Position numbers and translations under genes: made by a program
The notes under the pieces: model-generated
The model's input: the letters and a program-made list of their open reading frames with translations, nothing else
Told to the model about the DNA's origin: nothing
Databases searched by the model: none
NCBI RefSeq assembly: GCF_018977255.1
Contig: NW_024704742.1
Location: 139,130,001-139,194,000 of the forward strand
Direction of reading: 5' to 3'
Length of the DNA: 64,000 nucleotides
Origin: Callorhinchus milii
Lineage: Eukaryota
In this document: positions 24,084 to 35,289 of the stretch, in pieces
Position numbering within the stretch: position 1 is the first letter of the stretch
How the letters are laid out: every line of letters begins with the position of its first letter

Positions 24084-26672
24084 AAAAAATGATTGGTTGA
24101 ACAGGGGGACATAGGTAACAGGAGCAATGATGTTGTCATAGGGGATACAACAGTGAGAGGTATAGACAGGGGTTTCTGCAACAGAAGACAGGAGTCAAGG
24201 ATGGTGTGCTGCCTCCCTGATGCAACAGTCTTAGACAACGCGGAACGGGTGGATAAAACTCTTCAGGGGGAAGGAGAACATCCAGAAGTGGTGATCCAGG
24301 TGGGGATCCATGTTTTTGGTAAAAAAAAAGGGCTGAGACTCTACAGGGTGAATATCAAAAGCTGGGGAACATACTAAAGAATAGAACATCCATGATGGTG
24401 ATCTCTGGATTACTCCCTGTGCCTCGGGCAAATAAGTACCATAATGGCAGGATCAAGCATATGAATGCTTAGCTGGAGAAATGGTCCATAAAAGGGGGCT
24501 TCACGTTTCTGCATCATTGGGACCAGTTCTGGGGGTGGGATCTATACCATATGAATGGGTTACACCTAAACAGGGCTGAGGCGAATGTGCTTGCAGACAG
24601 GCTATCTAATGCTGCTGGGGAGGGTTCGAACTAGTTTTGAGGGGGGAAGGGAATGCAAAAAACGAAGAGCTAGAAAATGGAGAAATAAAACGGGGGGCAA
24701 GTTCAGAACAGGTTAAGATGGTCTTGGAGTGCATGTGCCTAAATGCACGGAGTTCAGCAAACAAGATTGGTGAGCTGCAGGCTCAAGTGTTCATAGGGGA
24801 ATATAATGTAGTAGCAGTAACATAGACTTGGCTCAAACAAGGACAGGAAAGTGATTAAGGGATATGGGGATAAGGCAGGGTTAGGTTATTAGCTGGAGTT
24901 AGACGAGATCAGCCATGATTGAATGGCGGGGCAGGCTCGAAGGGCCGAATGGCCTTCTCCTGCTCCTACATGTTATGTTATGAATGGGAGCTGAATATTC
25001 CTGGCTATAATGTATTCAGGAGGGATAGGGAAGGAAAAAAAGGAGGGGATGTGGCAATGTTAATCAAGAATTTATATGGACTTTGAAAAGGCATTTGACG
25101 AAGTGCCACATGAAAGACTCGTAAGAAAGATAGAAGCCCATGGTATAAAAGGGATAGCGGCCGCATGGATCCAGAATGGGCCGGGAGACAGAAAGCAGAG
25201 AGTTGTGGTGAACGGCTGCTTTTCTGACTGGAGGGAAGTGTACAGTGGCGTCCCCCAGGGATCGGTATTAGGACCACTGCCCTTCTTAATATACATAAAT
25301 GATCTGGACTTGGGTATAGCAAATACCATTTCCAAGTTTGCGGATGACACAAAGTTAGGGAGGGGGTAAACAGTGAGAAGGATAGGAGCCGACTGCAGGA
25401 AGACATAGACAGAATGGTAAAATGGACGACACATGGCAGATGAGTTTCAATGTGGAGAAATGCGAGGTAATGCATTTTGGTAGAAAGAATGAGGGGACGC
25501 AATATAGGCTGGACAGTGTGTTCTGTGAAGCACTTTGGGACGTCCTCCCGACGTGAAAAGCGCTACATCAAATGCAAGGATTATTATTATTATTATTATT
25601 AAGGGGGGTAAAAGAGCAGAGAGACCTGGGGTGCAGGTAAATGAATCCTTGGAGGTGGCAGGACAGGTAGATAAAGCGGTAAAAAGGGCATATGGGATAC
25701 TAGTGATACTAGGGATACTTGTGGAGTCCTGTAGCTCAGTGGTTAGAGCACTCGCTTTGCAAGCGAGAGACCTGAGTTCAATTCCAGGCAGAGGGCGAAA
25801 CCTTGGGCAAGTTTCCTTACTCCACACAGAGCCTAATAATAATCCCTCCAAAAAACCCAAAACAATAATAAATTGGTCATTTTCAATCTACGACTGTTTG
25901 TGGGACATTGCTGTGCGCAATTGGCTGCCGCGTTCGCCCACAAATATACAGTCAATTCACTTTACAGTATATTCTGTGAAGCGCTTTGGGACGTCCTCCC
26001 GACGTGAAAAGCGCTATATCAAATGCAAGGATTATTATTATTATTATTATAGGCTTTATAAATAGGGGCATAGAGTACAAGAGTCAGGAGGTTATGATTA
26101 ACCCATATAAACACTGGTTAGGCCTCAGTTAGAATACTGCCCCAGTTCTGTGCCCCACACTATAGGAAGGATATTAAGGCATTGGAAAGGGTGCAGAGGA
26201 GATTTACGAGGATGGGACCAGGAATGAGGGACCGTGATGATGAGGAAAGGCTGGAGAGGCCGGGATTATTCTCATTGGAGCAGAGAAGGTTACGAGGACC
26301 TAATAGAGGTCTTCAACATCATGAGGGGATTTGATAGGTTAGAAACAGAAAAACTGTTTCCACTGGTGGGAGTGTCGGTGATGCGAGGTCGCAGATTCGA
26401 AATAGTCTCTAAAAGAAGCCGAGGGGAGGAGAGAAGAAATGTTTTCACGCAGTGAGTTGTTCGAATCTGGAACGCATTGCCTGAAAGGGCGGTCGAGGCC
26501 GATTCGATAACAACTTTTAAAAACGCGGTGGACGGGTATTTGAGGAGGACGGGTTTGCAAGGTTATGGGGAAAGAGCTGGGGAGTGGGACTGACGTTACA
26601 TTGCTCTTTTCAAAGAGCCGCACAGACTTGATGGGCAAATGGCCTCTTTTTACGCTGTATGTTTCTATGATA
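24084..26672 (+). mobile_element. CR1 composite: ORF1 esterase fragment, ORF2 start, internal deletion, RT/3' end
   Basis: 'VVIGDTTVRG...CCLPDA' (SGNH-like ORF1), 'CMCLNARS', '[12 protein letters not shown]...KFADDTK'; extra CR1 tail at ~24848-24982; SINE tail at ~25515-25600. Confidence 0.85.
25721..26050 (+). mobile_element. tRNA-derived SINE, full length
   Basis: Complete head, core and (ATT)n tail. Confidence 0.93.
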
Positions 26673-26966
26673 CTGTGGGCAGGGCGGAAACCGGATTGGA
26701 GGAGTTCGAAGAGGGAGTGGGAGGAGAGGTGTGCATGGAGTTGATCTGTAACAACACATTCTAGGACTTTTGCGAAGAAGGGCAGGTTTGAAATAGGGTG
26801 GTAGTGGTTAGGGTTTGAGGGATCCAGGGAAGGTTTTTTTAACACAGTAACCTACACACTGGAACCCTAACCATAACCTACACAGTGTAACCCTAAACCT
26901 AACCTAAACACTGTAACACTAACCTATAAACTGTAAACCTATAAACTGTAAAGCTAACTTGCACAC

Positions 26967-27266
26967 TGCCCTACCATCGGTGGACGGGCCTTCAGCCTCT
27001 CAGACCCTAGGCTCTGGAACTCTATCCCCCAGTGCCTTCTCCGCTTCCTCCCTTTCCTCTTTCAAGGCCAGTCTCAAAACCTTTCTCTTTGACCGTGCCT
27101 TCAGCTCCCCTCTCAACTCTCTACCCCCTCCTCGCTCCCTCCCTTCCCTCCCCTTACCCTGACCATTTCCCCACAGTTCGGGTCCGACCCAACTGTACAG
27201 CGCCTTGGGACGTCCTCCCGACGTGAAAGGCGCTCAATAAATGGAATCTTGTTGTTGTTGTTGTTG
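26967..27266 (+). mobile_element. L2 subfamily B 3' end
   Basis: Diagnostic tail and (TTG)n. Confidence 0.9.
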
Positions 27267-27514
27267 TAACCCAAATCCTAACCTACAATCTGGAACCGTA
27301 AACTACACACTGTAACCCTAACCTGAACCTACAGACTGTAACGTTAACCTACAAACTGTAACCCGAAGTTTCACAATGCAACCTTAACCTAACCCTAAAC
27401 TACACACTGCAAACCTAACCTACACACTGTAACCCGAACCTTAAGCTGCATAACTGTAACCCTAATCAACAAACTGTAACCCTAACTCTAACCTACACAC
27501 TGTAACCAAACTTT

Positions 27515-27670
27515 AAGGTGGCCTAACCGTGGCTAACTGGAGCAGTTAGGGAAAGTATAAAGTTAAACGAAGAAGCATATAAAACAGCTAAAATTAGTAG
27601 TAAAACCAAGGATTGGGAGAACTTTAGGAATCAACAAAGGAGAACCAAAAAAATGATTAAGAGGGAGAAA
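27515..27670 (+). mobile_element. CR1 ORF2 internal fragment
   Basis: Reverse-complement match to ~21315-21470. Confidence 0.8.
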
Positions 27671-27671
27671 A

Positions 27672-27868
27672 GTCCTGTAGGTCAGTGGTTAGAGCACTCG
27701 CTTTGGAAGCGAGAGACCTGAGTTCAATTCCAGGCAGAGGGCGAAACCTTGGGCAAGTTTCCTTACTCCACACAGAGCCTAATAATAATCCCTCCAAAAC
27801 AAAACAATAATAAATTGGTCATTTTCAATCTACGACTGTTTGTGGGACATTGCTGTGCACAATTGGCT
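27672..27868 (+). mobile_element. tRNA-derived SINE, 3'-truncated
   Basis: Head and core up to AATTGGCTG. Confidence 0.85.
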
Positions 27869-30175
27869 GGAGGTAGAGTAATTGGGGGATGGAATTCCAG
27901 AGGTTGGGAGCAGAGTGGCTGAAGGCTCTCCCGCCAATCGTGGGCCAGGTGGGTCAGGGGATATCAAGTAGGCCGGAGCCGGCTGAGCGGAAGGAGAGGG
28001 CGGGTTGCTAGGCAGTTAGGAAGTACAGAGGTAGGGTGGGGCGAGGCCATGGAGGGCTTTGTAGGTCAGGACCAGGAGCTTGAACTGGATCTTCTGAAGG
28101 ACAGGGAGCCAATCGAGTCGGGCGAGAATAGGGGAGATTGGGTCACGGAGTTTAGTGCGGGAGAGGACATGGGCTACAAAGTTAGTTCTGGATTATCTGC
28201 AGCATGTGGAGGGAGGAGTTGGGAAGGCCGACAAGCACGGCGTTTGCATAGTCGAGCCTGGAAGTGATAAAGGCATGAACAAGAGTTTCAGCGGCCTGAG
28301 GGGTGAGGTAGTGGCGGAGTCGGGTGATGTTACAGAAATGAGGGAAGGCAGAGTGGGTCATGGCTTGGATGTGGGAAAGAAAAGACAGTTGAGGGTCGAA
28401 CAGGTTCCTGACGGGCTGGTGAGTTGAAGTGTGCAGCCATGGAGGTTGATGCTGCCACAGCCTGAGGTGCTGAGGCGCTGACGCGAACCAATCAGGAGCC
28501 TCAGTCTTGTTCACATTCAACTGTAGGAAATGTGCCCTCATTCAGGACTTGATGTCCAACAGGCAGTCTGTCAGGAGAGCAGTGGTCCTGGAGGGTGGAG
28601 GCAGAAAGATAGACTTGCGTGTCATCCGTATACATATGGAAGTTGACCCCATGTCTGCGGATGATGTCACCAAGGGGGAGCATGTAGATATTAAAGAGGA
28701 GACAAGGACAGAGCCCTGGGGGACGCCAGACATGACAGTGCGGGGGCTGGAGAAGAAACCTTTAGAGGCAACAAAGTGGAGATGGTGAGAGAGATAGGAA
28801 TCAAACCAGGCAAGGGCAGGTCCGCGAAGATTAAGTAAAGAGGAAAGGTGGTGTATGAGGATGGAGTGGTCGACAGTGTCGAAGGCGGCAGAGAGGTCGA
28901 GGAGGACAAGGAGGCAGAGGGGGTCCTGATCACAGATGTTCAGAATGTCATTTGTGACTTTGACCAGGACTGTTTCCATGCTGTGGGCAGCGCGGAAGCC
29001 GGATTGGAGGTGTTCAAAGAAGGAATGGTGAGAGAGAAAGGAGTGGAGCTGGAACACGATGACTCGTCCCAGAACATTGGAGAGGAATGGGAGTTTAGAG
29101 ATGGGGCAGTAGCTGGAGAGGAGGGATGGGTCCAGGGAAGGTTTTTTCAGGATGGGAATGATGACGGCTGTTTTTAGGGGGGTGGGAACTGAACCAGTGG
29201 ACAAGGAGAGGTTGATGACATCAGACAGGAGAGGTGTCAGAAGGTGAAGCTGAGAAATGAGGTGAGAGGTGGGGATGGGATCGAGGGAGCAGGTGGTGAG
29301 TCTGAGTTTGCAAACCACGAGGAAGGAGGGAGAGATAGGGTCAAAGGAGTATAGGGGGGGATGGGTCATGAGGGAGAGGTGATTTGGAGGTGGCGGTGGA
29401 CGGGGCAGAGGTGGCTGAACCTATCTTCTCAATTTTGGATTCGAGGAAGTCCAACATCTCACAGTTGGAGCTTGAGGAAAAGATGGGCGAGGCATGGGAA
29501 GGTGGACGGAGGAAATGGTTTGTGGCGGAAGAGAGAAGCCTGGGGTTGTCCTTTGCCTCCAAGATAACCTTGGAGTAGAAGGAGGATTTGGCGGTGGCGA
29601 GAGCGAAGCGGTAGGTCTTGGTATGGTGAAGCCAAATTTGCCGATGGACTGTTAGTTTAAATTTGGTCCAGGTGCGATCTGCAGCTCACACTTGTGCCTT
29701 GAGGGAATGGAGATGGCTGGTGAACCAGGAGGATTTTCGGGAGTATGAGGCAGTTCAAGAGATGAGGGGGGCAAGGGAGTCTAGAATGGAGGAGAGGGAG
29801 TTGTGGAGAAAAGAGAGTGAAGAGGGGAGATCAGTCAGGGAGGGCCAGAGGTGTGGGAGTTCAGATGGCTCCAGGGCAGTGGAGAGGGAGAGGGAGGAAT
29901 TTTTTTTCCATGGATGCTATGTGATGGTAGAGAGTTGAGAAAGTGGAAGGGCTACTGAGGTGTTGAGGGAGATGAAGTGGTGGTCTGAGGTGGCTTTGTC
30001 GATGATGGTGATGTCCAAGCCGGTGAGGCCCCAGGTGATCACCAGGTCAAGTGGGTGGCCACAGTCGTGAGTGAGGGAGTGGATGTGGAGGGAGAGGTTA
30101 AGGGAAGAGAGGAGGGAGAAGAAGTCAGCAGAGGAAGAGCAAGAGAGGGGTGAAGTGGAGGTTGAAGTCGCCTAA
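27869..30175 (-). mobile_element. L2 LINE large fragment (APE end + RT), 3' end missing
   Basis: ORF 28542-29369 'LKKPSLDPS...QSGFRAAHS.ET...[13 protein letters not shown]'; 'GDFN' and 'GHPLDL' near 30040-30175. Confidence 0.9.
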
Positions 30176-30359
30176 GATTAGATTAACCTACACATTGTAA
30201 CCCTAACCTTAACCTACACACTGTAACCAAACCCTAAGCTACAAATTGTAACCCTAACCCAAACCCTAACCTACAAACAGACTCTAACCTACACACTGTA
30301 ACCCAAACTTACACACTATAACCCTAAACTTAAACCACACTCTGTAAACCTAATGTACA

Positions 30360-31850
30360 CAAAGTGCCACATAAAAGACTTAAAAACAAAATAGAAGCCC
30401 ATGGCATTAAAGGGACTGTGGCAACATGGATCCAGAACTGGCTAGGAAACAGAAGGTAGCGAGTGGTAGAGAGTGCTTTTCTGATTGGAGGGAGGGGTGT
30501 AGTGGTGTCCCTCAGGGGTCAGTATTGGGACCACTGCTCTTTCTGATCTATATTAATGATCTGGACCTGGATATACGGAGCACAATTTCCAAATTTGCAG
30601 AGAATGCTAAGATAGGAAAAGCAGTTAATGGTGAGGAGGATAGCACCGGACTCCAAGAGGACTTAGACAGATGGTAACATGGGCAGATAGTGGCAGATGA
30701 GGTTCAATGTGGCGAAATGCGAAGTGTTGCGTTTTGGTAGGAAGAATGAGGAGAGGCAATATAAGCTGATGGTACAATCTTAAAGGGGGCAAATGAACAG
30801 AGAGACCTGGGGGTCCACATCAGCAAATCTCTGAAGGTGGCCGGACAGGTAGATAAAGCTGTTATAAAAGCATCCGGGATACTCGGCTTTATAAATAGGG
30901 CATAGAGTACACAAGTCAGGAGGTAATGCTGAATATTTATAAAATGCTGATTAGGCCTCAGTTGGAGACTTTGTTCAGTTCTGGGCACCGCACTTTAGGA
31001 AAGATGTTCGGGCATTGGAGAGGGTGCAAAGGAGGTTTACCCGATGGTACCAGGAATGAAGGACCTTAGTTATGAGGAGTTAGTTATGAGGAGAGGTTGG
31101 AGTCCTGTAGCTCAGTGGTTAGAGCACTCGCTTTGCAAGTGAGAGACCTGAGTTCAATTCCAGGCAGAGGGCGAAACCTTGGGCAAGTTTCCTTACTCCA
31201 CACAGAGCCTAATATAATAATCCCTCCAAAACCAAAAACAATAATAAATTGGTCATTTTTAATCTACGACTGTTTGTGGGACATTGCTGTGCGCAATTGG
31301 CTGCCGCGTTCGCCCACAAATATACAGTCAATTCACTTTACAGTGTGTTCTGTGAAGCGCTTTGGGATGTCCTCCTGACATGAAAAGCGCTATATCAAAT
31401 GCAAGGATTATTATTATTATTATTATTAGAGAAACTAGGATTATTCTCCCTGGAGCAGAGAAGATTAGAGGGGATTTAATAGAGATTTTCAAGATCATGA
31501 GAGGATTTGATAGGTTGAACCTGGAAAAACTGTTCCCACTGGTGTGTGGGTCAGTAACCCGAGGACACTGATTTAAGTTAGTTTAAGATAGATAGACAGA
31601 GGGCAGGTTAGGAGAAAATGTTTCACCCATCGAGGTGTTGGGATCTGGAATGTATTACCTGAAAGGGTAGTGGAAGCCGATTCAATAACAACTTTTAAGA
31701 GAGAAGTAGATGGGCATTTGGGGAGGACAGGATTGCAGGGCTATGGGGAGAAAGCGGGCCAGTGGGATTGAGTTGGAAGCTCTTTTAGGAGCCAGCACAG
31801 ACACGATGGGCAGAATGGCCTCTTTCTGTGCTGTATGATTCAATGATTCT
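30360..31850 (+). mobile_element. CR1 LINE 3' half with nested SINE
   Basis: '[21 protein letters not shown]', 'RGDLIEIFKIM'; ATGATTC-type tail. Confidence 0.9.
31099..31428 (+). mobile_element. tRNA-derived SINE
   Basis: Head, core and (ATT)n tail. Confidence 0.92.
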
Positions 31851-34800
31851 ACACACCGTAATGTTAACCTACAAACTGTAAACATAACACTTGCACTCAC
31901 ACTGTAACCCAAACAACAACCTACAATCTGCAACCCGATCCTGCAAACTGCAACCATAACCTACACTATGTAGCCATAAGCTACACGCTGTAAGCAATTT
32001 GAGATGTTTACAAGATGTGAAAAGTGCTATATCAAATGCAAGAATTATTATTACTGTAACCTAACCTGCACATTGTAACTATAGACTCCACACTGTCATC
32101 TAACATATACAATGTCACACTAATCTATACACTCTAACTCTAACCTACAGACTGTAAACCTAACCTACACACTGTAACTCTAACCTACAAACTGTAACAC
32201 TAACCCACACACTGTAACTCACACCTGCACCCTGTAACTCAACCCTACACTATATATCCCTACCCTACACACTGTAACACAAATCTACCCAATATAATCC
32301 AAACTTACCCACTGTAACTCTAACTTACACACTGTCACCCTAACCTACACACTGCAGCCATAACCTACACAGTGTGCCCCTAACCTACAATCTGTAACAC
32401 TAACCTATACACTGTAACATAACCTATACACTTCATCTCAAACCTACACAATATATATATATAAACACTGTAACCCTAACATCCAAACTGTAACTCTAAC
32501 CTACATACTGTAACTGAAACCTACAAAATGTATACCTAACCTGAACACTATAACCCTAACCTACAAAATGTAGCATTAACCTACACACTGTAACCTAACT
32601 GACACACTTTATCTCAAACTTACACAATATAATTCTAATCTACATACTGTAACTGAAATCTACAAAATTGATCCCTAACCTGAACACTATAACCCTAAGC
32701 TACAAAATGTAACTCTAACCTATACATTGTAACCTAACTTACACACTTTATCTCAAACCTACACAATATAAACCTAACTTACACACTGTAAACCTAACCT
32801 AATTCCGTAAACCTAACTTACACCGTGTAACCCTAATTTACACATTGTAACTATAACCTGCACACAGTCATCTAACCTACGCAATATAACCTTAACCTAC
32901 ACATTGTAACCCTAACCTACAAACTGTAACACTAACCAGCAAACTGTAATTCTAAGCTACAACTATAACCCTAACCTACACAATGTGACACAAACCTACA
33001 CACTGTAGCCATAACCTACACAGTGTAAATATATCCTACAATTTGTAACACTAACTCAAAGACTGCAACTGCACAATGTAACCCCAACCAGCACACTGTA
33101 CCTCAATCCTACATAATCCTATATAACCCTACGGTACACATTGTAACACAAACTTACCTAATGTAACCCTAATATACCCATTGTAAATCTAATATACAAT
33201 TGTCACCCTAGCCTACACACTGTAACCCTAACCTACAAACTGTAACTCTAATCTACACACTGTAACCCTAACCTGTAAGAATAACCTACACACTGTAACC
33301 CTAACCTGTAAAACTAATCTACACACTGTAACCTAACCTACAAACTGGAACTCTAACCTACACACTGCAAACATAACCTACAAACTCTAACACTAACCAA
33401 CACACTGTAACTCCAACTTGCACAATGTTATCCCAACCTGCAAACTGTAGCCATAACCTACACACTGTAACTCAAACCTACACAATGCAACTCTAACCTA
33501 CACACTGTAACTTTATTCTACAATAACTGTAACTCTAACCTGCATACTGTAACATACCATACACACTATATCTCAAATCTACACACCATAACCCTAAATT
33601 ACACACTGTAAACCTAACCTACACACTGTGACCCTAATCTACAAACTGTAGCACTTTGGGACATCCTCCCGATGTGAAAGGCGCACTATAAGTGTAACTT
33701 TGTTGTTGCTGTTGTAACCCTAACCTATACACTGTAGCCATAACTACACATTGTAAACCTAACCTGCACATTGTAACTCTAGCCTATACACAGTCATCTA
33801 ACCAATACAATGTAAACCTAACCTACAAACTGTAACCCAAACCTGCACACACTAACTCTAACCTACACACTCTAATACCTAACCTGCACACTGTAACTCT
33901 ATCCAACAAACTGTAACATTAACCCACACACTGTAACTCACACCTGCACAATATAACTCCAACCTGCACACCGTAACTCAAGCCTACACTATATAACCCT
34001 ATCCTACACATTGCAACACAAATTTACCCAACGTAATCCTAATTTACCCACTATAACTCCAACCTACACAATGTCCCCCTAACCTGCACACTGTAACCCT
34101 AACTTGCACACTGTAACCCTAACTTGCACACTGTAACCTTAACCTACATGCTGTAAACCTAACCTACACACTGTTATGCTTACCTATGTACTGTAACTCT
34201 AATCTACACATTATAACCCTAACCTACAGACTGTAACCCCAACCTGCACACTGTATCTCAAGCCTACAATAGATAACCCTACCCTACACATGAAAACACA
34301 AACCTACCCAATGTAAACCCTAACTTACCCACTATAACTCTAAATTACACAATGTCACCCTAAATACACACTGTAGCCATAACTACAGAATATAACCCCA
34401 ATTTACAGAGTGTAACCCTAACCTACACACTGTCACTCTAAACCACACACTATAACCCTAAACTAGACACTGTAACACTAAAGTACACACTGTAACCCTA
34501 ACTTAAACAATGTAATGTGGGTTCTCCTGATATGGATCTAAATAAAATATTACAAGCATTGAACAAGTGCAAATGCTTGCTGCGCGTTATAATTTCAGGC
34601 AGTGTGCTTGAAAAGCCTGATGTTCAACTGTGGTTGAAAAATTATTTTATATGCAGAAAGCATATTTACGATGAAGCAGAAAATCCTTTTTGGAAGCCTT
34701 TGTTCACACTAATGTATATTGATTATTTGCAGAAAAAAGGTATTGCACCAGGCATATTGAGTTACAAGAACACTTTCACAAGTTAGAAGATGCCACAGAT

Positions 34801-34964
34801 CAGTCAGGGTTGTCTGTTTATTCTTGAAATTAATTAAGAGTTTGGGTAATAAATCTGCAGGTAGAAAGGGTTCAAATTATAAACCATTCCCATGTACTGT
34901 AGTTTATCATTGTTGTGCTTCAGAGAGGAAGGAAGGATATTTGGATCCATGGTCACAATAATCT

Positions 34965-35289
34965 GAGTCCTGTAGCTCAGTGGTTAGAGCACTCGCTTTG
35001 CAAGTGAGAGACCTGAGTTCAATTCCAGGCAGAGGGCCAAACCTTGGGCAAGTTTCCTTACTCCACACAGAGCCTAACAATAATCCCTCCAAAACCAAAA
35101 ACAATAATAAATTGGTCATTTTCAATCTACGACTGTTTGTGGGACATTGCTGTGCATAATTGGCTGCCGCATTCACCCACAAATATACAGTCAATTCACT
35201 TTACAGTGTGTTCTGTGAAGCACTTTGGGATGTCCTCCCGGTGTGAAAAGCACTATATCAAATGCGAGGATTATTATTATGATTATTAT
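34965..35289 (+). mobile_element. tRNA-derived SINE
   Basis: Head, core and (ATT)n tail. Confidence 0.92.

Larger units (their letters stand above)
22587..26840 (-). mobile_element. L2 subfamily C, split by a SINE tail (~23478-23620) and a composite CR1 (~24084-26672)
   Basis: '[13 protein letters not shown]', 'VPQGSILGP', 'LHWLPV'; resumes at 26673-26840 ('KKPSLDPS...PISNLPF'). Confidence 0.85.

Noticed and set aside
25721..25795. tRNA-Ala(TGC) genes
   Set aside because: Every tRNA-like sequence is the head of a SINE continuing into core and (ATT)n tail; no proper acceptor stem
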